Of a stretch of DNA of 12,321 nucleotides, positions 1 through 8,445 are shown one piece after another. Position 1 is the first letter of the stretch. Every line of letters starts with the position of its first letter. Under the pieces are notes generated by a model. It saw only the letters and a list, made by a program, of their open reading frames with translations, had not been told where the DNA came from and searched no databases. This stretch comes from Deinococcaceae bacterium (GTDB lineage Bacteria > Deinococcota > Deinococci > Deinococcales > Trueperaceae): contig JBDZWC010000042.1 in assembly GCA_040256005.1 (NCBI GenBank), forward strand, positions 1 to 12,321, written 5' to 3'. The position numbers were made by a program, and so were the translations under genes.

Positions 1-843
1 GGCACGCTGGAGGCGTACCGGGAGGCCAAGGCCACGCTCGTCAGGCGCGCTGGCGTCGCCGTGCTCAACCGCGACGACGAGCACTGGGAGGCGTTCGCGC
101 GGGCGGCGCGAGAAGGAGGCGGCCGGTCCGTGCTCACGTACGGCGAGGCCCCCGGTGCCGACGTGCGGATAGTCCAGGTCGCGCAACCGCCAGGAGCGCT
201 CAACGTGGCGCTCGACGTGGCGGGAGAAAGGGTCGATGCTCGGGTCCCGCTGGTGGGTTCCTACAACGCTTGGAACGCCGCCGCGGCCATCACAGCCGCG
301 CACGTGGCCGGTGTGCCTGCCGCCGAGGCCGTGGCGGCCCTGGCGACCTTCGCAGGCGTGCCTGGCCGCATGCAGGTGATCGCGTCTGTGCCATTCACCG
401 TGATCGTGGACTTCGCTCACACGCCGCCCGCGCTGGCCAAGGCGCTCCAGGCCGTGCGCCGCCCCGGCGCCAGGACCATCGTCGTCATCGGCTCCGCCGG
501 GGAGCGCGACCCCGGCAAGCGTGGGCCGCTCGGCGCGGCCGCCGTCGCCTGGGCCGACATCGCGATCTTCACGGAGGAAGACAGCCGCAGCGAGCCTGTC
601 GGCGCCATCTTGAGCGCCATGGCCGCCGGGGCCGACGCCGCTGGCGGCGTGCGCGGCGCCTCCTACCTGACCGAGCCCGACCGGGCCCGCGCCATGGCGC
701 TCGCCTTCGAACTGGCCTCGCCCGGCGACGTTGTGGTCCTGGCCGGCAAGGGTCACGAGTCCACCCTGGAGCGCGACGACGAGGTCCTGCCATGGGACGA
801 AGCTGCGCTGGCGCGTTCGCTGCTGCCAGCCGGGTCGTCCTGA
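1..843 (+). CDS. murE: UDP-N-acetylmuramoyl-L-alanyl-D-glutamate--diamino acid ligase (MurE), 5'-truncated by the window edge
   Basis: Frame is open from base 1 (GTLEAYREAKATL...VLNRDD). Mur ligase motifs: G-x-YN-x-x-N, VPGRMQ, VIVDFAHTP, GSAGERDPGKR, T-E-EDSR-SE, VVLAGKGHE. Stop TGA at 841-843. Confidence 0.93.
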   Translation, partial: GTLEAYREAKATLVRRAGVAVLNRDDEHWEAFARAAREGGGRSVLTYGEAPGADVRIVQVAQPPGALNVALDVAGERVDARVPLVGSYNAWNAAAAITAAHVAGVPAAEAVAALATFAGVPGRMQVIASVPFTVIVDFAHTPPALAKALQAVRRPGARTIVVIGSAGERDPGKRGPLGAAAVAWADIAIFTEEDSRSEPVGAILSAMAAGADAAGGVRGASYLTEPDRARAMALAFELASPGDVVVLAGKGHESTLERDDEVLPWDEAALARSLLPAGSS

Positions 844-863
844 AGGCAGCGAGCACGACGTAA

Positions 864-869
864 TACCAT
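864..869 (+). promoter_or_regulatory. Probable -10 element (TACCAT) of a leaderless pdp transcript
   Basis: TANNNT hexamer 7 nt before ATG at 877, in a short AT-rich patch, with no obvious Shine-Dalgarno. Confidence 0.6.
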
Positions 870-876
870 CGTGCCC

Positions 877-2172
877 ATGGCCTTCCGTGCCCTCGACATG
901 ATCGTCGCCAAGCGCGAGGGAAGCGAGCACTCGGCCGAGGACTTGAAGAGCCTGGTTGACGGCTACGTGGCCGGTGAGGTGCCCGACTACCAGATGTCCG
1001 CCTGGCTCATGGCGGTGTGCTGGCGCGGCATGACGCCGCGCGAGACGGCGGACCTGACGCTGGCGATGGCGGCGTCCGGCGATCAGCTGGACCTCTCCGA
1101 CCTGCCCCACACCGTGGACAAGCACTCCACCGGCGGCGTGGGTGACAAGACCACGCTCGTGCTCGCGCCGCTGCTGGCGAGCATGGGAGCGACCGTGGCG
1201 AAGATGAGCGGCCGCGGCTTGGGCCACACGGGCGGCACCGTCGACAAGCTCGAGAGCATCCCAGGCTTCGTCGTCGACCTGTCCGAGGAGCGTTTCCGTA
1301 GCCAGGCGCGCTCTGTGGGCGTCGTGGTGACGGGTCAATCGAAGGACCTGGCGCCGGCCGACGGGCTCATCTACGCGCTGCGGGACGCCAGCGGCACCGT
1401 GGAGTCGCTACCGCTCATCGCCTCCAGCATCATGAGCAAGAAGCTGGCGGGCGGCGCGCGCAGCATCGTTCTGGACGTGAAGCTCGGGTCGGGGGCCTTC
1501 ATGCGGACGGAACGAGACGCCAGACGCCTGGCCGAGGCGATGACGTCCATCGGAACGCACGCCGGCAGGGACGTCTCGGCCGTCCTCTCCAGGATGGCCG
1601 AGCCGCTGGGGCTGGCCGTGGGCAACGCGATCGAGGTCAACGAGGCCATCGACTGCCTGCGTGGCGGTGGGCCGCCGGACCTGAGGGAGCTGTGCGTCGT
1701 GTTGGCCGCGCAGGTGTTGGCACGTACGGGGCTGCCGGCGGGACGGGAACGGGTAGAGGCCGCCCTCGACGACGGCAGCGCCTACGAGCGCTTCGAGCGC
1801 TGGGTGGCGGCGCAGGGCGGCGACGCCCGCACCCTCGGCTCTTTGGAGCTCGCCCCTGACCAGTACCCGGTCCGGGCCCCGCGATCGGGCCGCCTGGCGC
1901 AGCTCGACGCGCGTGCGATCGGCGAGGCTGCCGGCCTGCTGGGCGGGGGTAGGGCCCGCAAGGGCGACGCCGTGGACCACGGCGTGGGTGTGCTGCTACA
2001 CGCCAAGGTGGGTGACGAGGTCGCCGCGGGCGAACCGGTGGCCACCCTGTACCACAGAGGCGGCAGGGGCCTGGAGGCGGCGCGCGCTCGCGTCGCGGGC
2101 GCCATCGGGGTAGCCGAGACGGCCGCGCCGGAGCCGCTGATCGTGGCGACAGGTCTGGGCCAGGAGGTGTAG
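877..2172 (+). CDS. pdp: Pyrimidine-nucleoside / thymidine phosphorylase (NP-II family)
   Basis: Motifs [77 protein letters not shown]. Lys in 'AKMSGR' is the PyNP-type residue. ATG 877 is preferred over GTG 871 because of the -10 spacing. Confidence 0.93.
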   Translation: MAFRALDMIVAKREGSEHSAEDLKSLVDGYVAGEVPDYQMSAWLMAVCWRGMTPRETADLTLAMAASGDQLDLSDLPHTVDKHSTGGVGDKTTLVLAPLLASMGATVAKMSGRGLGHTGGTVDKLESIPGFVVDLSEERFRSQARSVGVVVTGQSKDLAPADGLIYALRDASGTVESLPLIASSIMSKKLAGGARSIVLDVKLGSGAFMRTERDARRLAEAMTSIGTHAGRDVSAVLSRMAEPLGLAVGNAIEVNEAIDCLRGGGPPDLRELCVVLAAQVLARTGLPAGRERVEAALDDGSAYERFERWVAAQGGDARTLGSLELAPDQYPVRAPRSGRLAQLDARAIGEAAGLLGGGRARKGDAVDHGVGVLLHAKVGDEVAAGEPVATLYHRGGRGLEAARARVAGAIGVAETAAPEPLIVATGLGQEV

Positions 2173-2202
2173 CCGGGTCGGGGCAGCCTGCATCACGGGC
2201 CG

Positions 2203-2232
2203 TTGACACTCCCGAAGCCCAATCGTTACTAT
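2203..2232 (+). promoter_or_regulatory. Sigma70-type promoter of tRNA-fMet
   Basis: Perfect TTGACA (2203-2208), 18-bp spacer, TACTAT (2227-2232), about 40 nt upstream of the tRNA. Confidence 0.85.
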
Positions 2233-2271
2233 CTTCTTTGCGCCGCTTGGCCGGCGCGTTCCTCACCACGA

Positions 2272-2348
<77 letters not shown>

Positions 2349-2353
2349 ACTTC

Positions 2354-2384
2354 GAAGAGGCCCCTGCAGGCGAGGGGCCTCTTC
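2354..2384 (+). terminator. Hairpin immediately after tRNA-fMet, probable terminator
   Basis: Perfect 12-bp inverted repeat GAAGAGGCCCCT / AGGGGCCTCTTC with a 7-nt loop; no strong U-tract. Confidence 0.7.
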
Positions 2385-2437
2385 CCGTCGTAGGCGACGC
2401 GGTCGTACCCCGACCGCCTCTCGCGCTCCGCATCCCA

Positions 2438-2443
2438 TAGACT
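2438..2443 (+). promoter_or_regulatory. Probable -10 element (TAGACT) for a (near-)leaderless era transcript
   Basis: TANNNT 8 nt before GTG 2452; no SD visible. Confidence 0.5.
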
Positions 2444-2451
2444 CACGGGCA

Positions 2452-3390
2452 GTGACAGACGACACCCCACAGGACTTCTCCCCGGCCGGGCCGACACGCT
2501 CCGGCTTCGTAGCGATCGTCGGCAAGCCCAACGTGGGCAAGTCGACCCTCCTCAACACGATGCTCGGCGTGAAGGTGGCCCCCATCACGCCCAAGCCGCA
2601 GACGACGCGCCGCGGCGTACGCGGCATCTACACGTTCGAGGACAGGCAGCTCGTCTTCGTCGACACGCCCGGGCTCCATCGCGGCGGCGACACCGTGCTC
2701 GACCAGGCGATGAACCGCGAGGTGCGGGACGCCGTCGTTGACGTCGACGTGATCCTGTGGGTGGTCGACCTCAGGCGGCCGCCCGGCGACGAGGACAAGG
2801 ACGTCGCCAGGCTGCTTGGCAACGTGCCGGCGGAGGTGCCGGTGTTCATCGTCGGCAACAAGGTGGACGCCGCGAAGTACCCCGACGAGGCCATCGACCT
2901 CTACCGCGAGCTGCTACCCCGGGCGGAGCGCGTCATCGCGCTATCGGCTCTCAACGACCCCAAGGCCGTGTACGCCCTCAGGGACGACCTGCTTGACCGG
3001 CTGGAGGAGGCACCCTTCTTCTTCCCGGGCGACGTCAGGTCGGACCAGACGCGCGAGCAGTGGGTCGCGGAGCTCATCCGCGAGGCCGCCATGATCCACC
3101 TGCGTCAGGAGCTGCCGTACGCGGTGGCGGTGCAGGTCGTGGAGTGGAAGGACCCGGTCGAAGAGGGCAAGCCCGTCGTGATCACCGCCGAGATCTGGGT
3201 CGAGAAGTCCGGTCACAGGCGCATCGTGATCGGGGCCGGCGGCGCGATGATCAAGGAGATCGGCAAGACGGCCCGCAAGCAGCTAGAGGTGTTCATGCAA
3301 CAGCGCGTCTTCCTCGAGCTGGAGGTCGTCGTGCGCACCGACTGGCGCCGCGACCGCGAGGCGCTGCGCGAGCTGGGCTACGAGCCGTGA
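2452..3390 (+). CDS. era: GTPase Era
   Basis: [17 protein letters not shown] (G1), PQTTR (G2), DTPG (G3), NKVD (G4), ELIRE, QELPY, KH-domain [14 protein letters not shown], and C-terminal W-R...L-x-x-LGY. Confidence 0.97.
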   Translation: MTDDTPQDFSPAGPTRSGFVAIVGKPNVGKSTLLNTMLGVKVAPITPKPQTTRRGVRGIYTFEDRQLVFVDTPGLHRGGDTVLDQAMNREVRDAVVDVDVILWVVDLRRPPGDEDKDVARLLGNVPAEVPVFIVGNKVDAAKYPDEAIDLYRELLPRAERVIALSALNDPKAVYALRDDLLDRLEEAPFFFPGDVRSDQTREQWVAELIREAAMIHLRQELPYAVAVQVVEWKDPVEEGKPVVITAEIWVEKSGHRRIVIGAGGAMIKEIGKTARKQLEVFMQQRVFLELEVVVRTDWRRDREALRELGYEP

Positions 3391-3415
3391 GCACCACACA
3401 CCCGAGGGTCTGCCG

Positions 3416-3775
3416 GTGCCCATAGCCTCCAGGTGGCGGCGCCTGGAGCTCTTGCCTGCGCCCCGCGGTCGTGACGCCATGCCGGGCGTGTACGAGCTGG
3501 CCGACGAGGACAAGGCCGTGGTCTACATCGGGCAATCGGCTCGCGACGTCCCCAACCGGATTAGGCAGCACCTGGCTCGCCCCGGCTGCGTCAGGGACAG
3601 GGTCCGTTATTGGCGCTACGCTTACAGCCGGGTCCCGCAGGCTGACGAAGCCCGGCTGTTGGACGAGTACGCGCGGAAGCATGAGGGGCAGGCTCCGCCC
3701 TGCAATACCGCCAGACCGTTGGAGCGCGACCCGCGGAGGCGGTTCGTCGAGCGGTTCAGGTTCGACGGGGAGTAG
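3416..3775 (+). CDS. Stand-alone GIY-YIG nuclease-domain protein (119 aa)
   Basis: PGVYEL-x8-YIGQS signature, R48/H52 in 'NRIRQH', E78 in 'DEARLL' and 'PPCN' (N97). GAGGG SD-like site at 3404-3408; starts 25 nt after the era stop. Confidence 0.85.
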   Translation: MPIASRWRRLELLPAPRGRDAMPGVYELADEDKAVVYIGQSARDVPNRIRQHLARPGCVRDRVRYWRYAYSRVPQADEARLLDEYARKHEGQAPPCNTARPLERDPRRRFVERFRFDGE

Positions 3776-3831
3776 TCCGAGGTGACCAGCCAAAAACACG
3801 ATAACCATCGCAATCGTGTGAAAACCTCTAC

Positions 3832-3860
3832 TTGTGGCACATTTTGGACCGTGATATAAG
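3832..3860 (+). promoter_or_regulatory. Probable promoter of the OMP gene
   Basis: TTGTGG (3832-3837), 17 bp, then TATAAG (3855-3860) preceded by an extended-10 TG (3852-3853), within a markedly AT-rich stretch. Confidence 0.55.
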
Positions 3861-3898
3861 AACTCAGGCGAGGAGCTGAAGACTTCTCAAGTTCGTTT

Positions 3899-3903
3899 GG
3901 AGG
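3899..3903 (+). promoter_or_regulatory. Shine-Dalgarno site GGAGG
   Basis: 7 nt upstream of ATG 3911. Confidence 0.85.
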
Positions 3904-3910
3904 CTTTCGC

Positions 3911-4366
3911 ATGCGCAAGTTCTTGGTTTCCCTGATCGCCGTGGCCGCGCTCGGTACCGGCACCGCATTCGCACAAGGCGGCTACTGGGCGGGCTTCAGC
4001 GTCGGCTACCCCGGTGCGGCCCTCCACTTCGGCATCGACGGCATCGCTCCGGGCCTGGCGGCCCGCCTGAACGCCGGCTACAACTACATCGGCGCCGGCG
4101 GCTTCGCCCTCGGGGCTGACGTCCTGTACGACCTCGCCGTGGACACGGGCACCGCGCCCATCGACGTCTACATCGGCGGCGGTCTGGGTCTCGGTATCGG
4201 CACAGGCGTGAACGTGGCCGTCAACGCGTTCGTGGGCGGCGAGTTCAGCCTGGCTCAGTCCGGCCTGCCCGAAGGCGGCATCTTCCTCGAGGCCGGCCCG
4301 TCGATCGGCTTCAGCCCCTTCGCGCTGGGCATCGCCGCCAAGCTCGGCTTCAACTACCACTTCTGA
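3911..4366 (+). CDS. Secreted small outer-membrane beta-barrel protein (probably 8 strands)
   Basis: Sec signal peptide MRKFLVSLIAVAALGTGTAFA|Q. Mature region has alternating hydrophobic/Gly strands (YWAGFSVG, ARLNAGY, FALGADVLY, VYIGGGLG, NAFVGGEF, GIFLEAG) and a C-terminal beta-signal KLGFNYHF. Strong SD. Confidence 0.8.
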   Translation: MRKFLVSLIAVAALGTGTAFAQGGYWAGFSVGYPGAALHFGIDGIAPGLAARLNAGYNYIGAGGFALGADVLYDLAVDTGTAPIDVYIGGGLGLGIGTGVNVAVNAFVGGEFSLAQSGLPEGGIFLEAGPSIGFSPFALGIAAKLGFNYHF

Positions 4367-4400
4367 GCTTCGGTCAGTAAGTAAGCCCAAGCTTCCTGTT

Positions 4401-4423
4401 GCCCCCGCCCTAGCGGCGGGGGC
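4401..4423. terminator. GC-rich hairpin between the convergent OMP and mfd genes
   Basis: GCCCCCGCC / GGCGGGGGC 9-bp stem with a 5-nt loop, followed by TTCGCTTC on the + strand. Confidence 0.7.
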
Positions 4424-4435
4424 TTCGCTTCGCCT

Positions 4436-7400
4436 TCAACCCACCAGGTACAGGAGCTCGGTGACGTGACCGGGCAGGTCTTCGCTCTTCAGGCCGCGCT
4501 TCTTGATGCTGAAGCCGGGGGGATAGCGCGTGACCTCCACCGAGAACGGGAGCTTCCTGAGGGCCCTGGCGTCGAAGTCGATCGCGTCCATGTCGTCGCC
4601 CTGGAACGTGACGTGCACGTCCGTCATGTGCTCCTTGATCGTCGCCACGCCCTTCGAGCCGGCCAGCAATCGTAGCCGTGTGAGCTCGACGAAAGCCTTT
4701 ACCTCCGGTGTGAACGGTCCGTACGCCTCGCGCAGCTCCTTCGCCACGCGGGACACCTCGGCCAGACTGTCCGTCTCGGCGAAGCGCCCGTAGAAGTTCA
4801 CCCTGACGTCGTCGTCCTGCACGTATCCGGGGCTCAGGCGGGCATCGATGGACAGGTCGATGGTCACCTGGGGCCGCTCGGCGGCGCGCTGCTCGCCCTT
4901 CAGCTTGGCGATCTCCTCTGCGAGCAGCTCGGTGTACACCACCAGCGACACGGCGCTTATGTGCCCGTGCTGCTCGGGGCCCAGCAGGTTGCCCACGCCG
5001 CGGATCTCCATGTCCTTCTCGGCCAGCAGGTGGCCGGACCCCAGGTCGTTGAGCTCGGCGATCGCGTACAGCCTCCGCTGCGCCTGTTCGGTCAGCCGGC
5101 CCGGGTAGAGCATGTAGGCCCAGGCTTCGGTCTCCCGCCTGCCGACGCGGCCCCGCAGCTGGTAGAGCTGGGCCAGGCCGAGTCGGTCGGCGCGCTCGAT
5201 GACGAGCGTGTTCGCGCCCGTGATGTCCAGACCCGACTCGACGATCGTCGTCGAGAGCAGCACGTCGTACGCGCCCTCGTCGAACCCGAGCATGACCTGC
5301 TCGAGCTCGTCCTCCGGCATCTGCCCGTGGGCGACGCCGATCCGCGCCTCGGGCACGAGCTGTGACAGTGTGCGGGCCCTGAGGCTCATGGAGCCGACGC
5401 GGTCGTGGATGTAGAAGACCTTGCCGCCCCTCTCGACCTCGCCCAGGACGGCCTCCCTGACGGTCAGGGGGTCGTACGGTTGCAGCACGGTCTGGATGGG
5501 TTTGCGTCCCCGCGGCGGGGTGAGGATCTGGCTGACGTCGCGCAGGCCGACGAGGCTCATGTAGAGCGTGCGCGGGATGGGCGTGGCCGACAGCGACAGC
5601 ACGTCGACGTTCGTCTTGAGCCCCTTGAGGCGCTCCTTCTGGCCCACCCCGAAACGGTGCTCCTCGTCGACGACGAGCAGGCCCAGCCGCTTGTACTCGA
5701 TGCCGTCGGACAGCAGCCTATGGGTGCCTACCACGGCGTCCACGCTGCCGTCCTTGAGGCCCTTCAGGACGTCGCGCGCGACCTTGTCGGGCGTGAACCG
5801 CGAGAGCATCTCGACCCTCACGGGCAACCCTTTGAAGCGGTCCCTGAACGTCTCGTAGTGCTGCTTGGCGAGCACCGTCGTCGGCACCAGCATCGCCACC
5901 TGGTGACCGTGCCCGATCACCCTGTGGGCGGCCCGCAACGCGACCTCCGTCTTGCCGAAGCCGACGTCGCCCGAGATCAGGCGGTCCATCGGCACGGCCC
6001 GCTCTAGGTCGGTGAACACGTCCTCGACCGCCTTCGCCTGGTCCTCGGTGAGGTCGAACTCGAAGTTCTTCTCGATGAGCGGGTCCCAGTCTGGCAACGG
6101 TGGGAACGCTTGCCCTGTCGCGACCTGCCGCTTGGCGTACGCCTTGATGAGCTCGGCCGCCAACTCGGAGGCGTTCACCCTGGCGCGCTCGCGCGCCCTG
6201 GCCCACTCGTTCGTGCCCAGCGTGGAGAGCCTCGGCGGGTCGTCCGTCGTGCCCGGGTGGCGGCGGAGGAGCGGCAGCTGCTCGACGGGCAGGTAGAGCT
6301 TGCCCTCGCCCGCGTACTGCAGCAGCAGGTAGTCCCTGGTGACGCCCACGACCTGGCGCGGCTCGAGCCCGAGGAAGCGCCCGATGCCGTGGTCGGGATG
6401 TATCAGGTAGTCGCCGACGGTGAGTTGCGACGCGTCGTGGACGGCCTTGCCCGGGGCCCGCTTGAGGCGCCTGCCGCCCTGGTAGCCGTAGAGGAGCTCC
6501 TCGGTGAGCACGACCTCCATGCGCTCGGTATCGCGGTAGCCACCCTGAGCCTCGCGCGCCAGCAGGAGGGAGACCTCACCGGAGCGTTCCTCCAGATGGT
6601 TCCGCCAGTGCGACTCGTGCTCGTCGATGACCTTCTCGCGGAGGTAACGGCCGGTGCGCTCGAACTTGAGGAGCAGGTTGACGGTGTACCCGTCGCGCAG
6701 CCACATGTGCACGTCCTGGGCGAAGGTGGACAGCTTGCCGCGGTAGTAGCCGAGGGGCTCGAGCGGTACCGTCGCCTTGTCCAGGTCGAGCGGGTCACGA
6801 CCGAACGAGACGACCGTGCGGCCCGCCAGGTGACCCCACAGCCAGGAGGTGCCGGGCACGGCCGTAGACGGCTCTGCCTCGGTCGCGTGCGCCGCCTCGC
6901 CTCTGCCCTCGGGCCGCGCCGCCCCGTTCGGGCCGGTCTCCCCGTCTTGCCTCACGGCGCCAGGCATGAGCTCCGGCGCGTCCAGGAACACGGTGCCGGG
7001 CAGGTGCTCGAGCAGGCGCGTGGTCCAGGTGGATCTGTCGTACTCGGCCAGCGATACCGGGGCTAGTACGTGCGACGGCCGCTCGACCCCCTCGATCGTC
7101 AACGCCTCGAGCTCGTCGGCGAAGAACTCGAGACGCAGGGCTCCCTGTTCGTCGTCGCCGGAGAGGTGCACCGTGATCGTGTCGCCCCTGACCGCGAAGC
7201 CGGGAGCCGCGTCGCGCTCGTACCCCAGCTGCACCAGGCGGGCCAGCAGGTCCTCTCGCGGGAAGTCCTCGCCCACCCTCAGAGTCAGGGCGAGCGCACC
7301 GGGATCGGTCGGGAACGCCTCGAGCGCGCGGTCGAGGCTGACGACGACCTTGTCCGCCAGCTCGTGCCACGTCGCGATGGCGGGCTCGAGCGTGACCCCC

Positions 7401-7570
7401 GCGCCGAAGACGGCCGCGTCGCTGAACAGCGGCAGTCGGTCGGGCGTGGTCAGCAGCACGGCCGGTCCCGCGTGCCGGGCGAACAGGGCCAGCCGGGCCA
7501 CGCTCGGCAACCCGAGCAGTCGCCCGGTGAGCGTGGTTGAGCTGACTTCCTCGGTCGCCACGTTCGTCAC
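4436..7570 (-). CDS. mfd: Transcription-repair coupling factor Mfd
   Basis: UvrB-like segment (LGYER...FAVRGD...RLEFF), CarD-like RID (VGDYLIHPDHGIGRFLG), Walker A GDVGFGKT, DEEHRFG, LSATPIPRTL, QLRGRVGR, TRG motif DMEIRGVGNLLG, C-terminal TRCF domain. Confidence 0.97.
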   Translation of the reverse strand: MTNVATEEVSSTTLTGRLLGLPSVARLALFARHAGPAVLLTTPDRLPLFSDAAVFGAGVTLEPAIATWHELADKVVVSLDRALEAFPTDPGALALTLRVGEDFPREDLLARLVQLGYERDAAPGFAVRGDTITVHLSGDDEQGALRLEFFADELEALTIEGVERPSHVLAPVSLAEYDRSTWTTRLLEHLPGTVFLDAPELMPGAVRQDGETGPNGAARPEGRGEAAHATEAEPSTAVPGTSWLWGHLAGRTVVSFGRDPLDLDKATVPLEPLGYYRGKLSTFAQDVHMWLRDGYTVNLLLKFERTGRYLREKVIDEHESHWRNHLEERSGEVSLLLAREAQGGYRDTERMEVVLTEELLYGYQGGRRLKRAPGKAVHDASQLTVGDYLIHPDHGIGRFLGLEPRQVVGVTRDYLLLQYAGEGKLYLPVEQLPLLRRHPGTTDDPPRLSTLGTNEWARARERARVNASELAAELIKAYAKRQVATGQAFPPLPDWDPLIEKNFEFDLTEDQAKAVEDVFTDLERAVPMDRLISGDVGFGKTEVALRAAHRVIGHGHQVAMLVPTTVLAKQHYETFRDRFKGLPVRVEMLSRFTPDKVARDVLKGLKDGSVDAVVGTHRLLSDGIEYKRLGLLVVDEEHRFGVGQKERLKGLKTNVDVLSLSATPIPRTLYMSLVGLRDVSQILTPPRGRKPIQTVLQPYDPLTVREAVLGEVERGGKVFYIHDRVGSMSLRARTLSQLVPEARIGVAHGQMPEDELEQVMLGFDEGAYDVLLSTTIVESGLDITGANTLVIERADRLGLAQLYQLRGRVGRRETEAWAYMLYPGRLTEQAQRRLYAIAELNDLGSGHLLAEKDMEIRGVGNLLGPEQHGHISAVSLVVYTELLAEEIAKLKGEQRAAERPQVTIDLSIDARLSPGYVQDDDVRVNFYGRFAETDSLAEVSRVAKELREAYGPFTPEVKAFVELTRLRLLAGSKGVATIKEHMTDVHVTFQGDDMDAIDFDARALRKLPFSVEVTRYPPGFSIKKRGLKSEDLPGHVTELLYLVG

Positions 7571-8439
7571 TACTCTTCGTCCTCTGGGTGATCGATGGCC
7601 GCTCGGTAGGCCTGGTTCCGCGGCGCGCCCAACGCGGTGAGAGCGCCGCGCAAGAGCCTACCCCTCACGCCGGCCGCGGCCAGTCGTTCCGCTGCGTCGC
7701 CGGCCGTCAGCCCGCCGAACGGGGACCCCTCCCCTTCGTCCTCCGCGTGGTGACGCGGTCCCACGACCAGGACGATCTCTCCCCTGGCGGGCTCAGACTC
7801 GAAACGGGCGGCGAGCTCGCCCAGTGGGCCGCGGGCCGTCTCTTCGTGCAGCTTCGACAGCTCGCGCGCCACGCTCGCCGGCCGGTCCGCGCCGCAGGCC
7901 TGAGCGAGGTCACGCAACGTCTCGGCGAGCCGCTGAGGCGACTCGTAGAGAACGCTGGTGGCGTGCGATGAGGCGATGCCCTGCAGGCGCCTGGAGCGCG
8001 ACGAACCCTTCCGTGGCAGGAAGCCCTCGAACGTGAACCTGGCGGTAGGCAGGCCCGAGCCCACGAGGGCGGGCACGAAGGCGGTCGCGCCGGGCAGGAC
8101 CTCGACCGCCATGCCGGCGCTCAGAGCCATCGACACGAGCTCCGTCCCCGGGTCCGAGATGCCCGGGGTGCCGGCGTCGGTCACGTACGCCACCCACGTG
8201 TTCTCGTCCAGCAGCGCCTGGCCCCTGCCGGCGATCGTGTGCGCGTCCAGCCTCTCCAGGCGCGCGGTTATGCCGTGCCTGTCGAGGAGAACGCGCGTAC
8301 GGCGGGTGTCCTCCGCGGCGACGACGTCGGCCCGCCTCAGCACCTCGAGGGCCCGGAGCGTGATGTCGGCCAGGTTGCCTATGGGCGTGGGCACCAGCGT
8401 CAACCGCCGGCCGCCCTGGGATGCCTCGCCCTCGGCCAC
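7570..8439 (-). CDS. rsmI: 16S rRNA (cytidine1402-2'-O)-methyltransferase RsmI
   Basis: LVPTPIGNLADITLRA, AEDTR, TDAGTPGISDPG, FEGFLPRK, YESP, RELSKLHEE, RGEIVLV. Confidence 0.96.
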   Translation of the reverse strand: MAEGEASQGGRRLTLVPTPIGNLADITLRALEVLRRADVVAAEDTRRTRVLLDRHGITARLERLDAHTIAGRGQALLDENTWVAYVTDAGTPGISDPGTELVSMALSAGMAVEVLPGATAFVPALVGSGLPTARFTFEGFLPRKGSSRSRRLQGIASSHATSVLYESPQRLAETLRDLAQACGADRPASVARELSKLHEETARGPLGELAARFESEPARGEIVLVVGPRHHAEDEGEGSPFGGLTAGDAAERLAAAGVRGRLLRGALTALGAPRNQAYRAAIDHPEDEE

Positions 8440-8445
8440 CCGCTC

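Noticed and set aside
3416..3775. GIY-YIG ORF as a UvrC pseudogene fragment or intron homing endonuclease
   Set aside because: It has a clean SD, start and stop, no downstream UvrC remnants and no interrupted host gene.
3817..3850. Possible CRP site (TGTGA...) or sigma54 promoter (TGGCAC...)
   Set aside because: The second CRP half-site is CTACT, not TCACA, and there is no GC at the sigma54 -12 position.
3866..3889. Resemblance of GGCGAGGAGCTGAAGACTTCT to fluoride (crcB) riboswitch motifs
   Set aside because: The P1 3' strand, the GAUG core and the intervening helix are absent, and the element is far too short.
4363..4377. Small cUUCGg hairpin over the OMP stop codon
   Set aside because: Only about 5 bp with a bulge; too weak to call.
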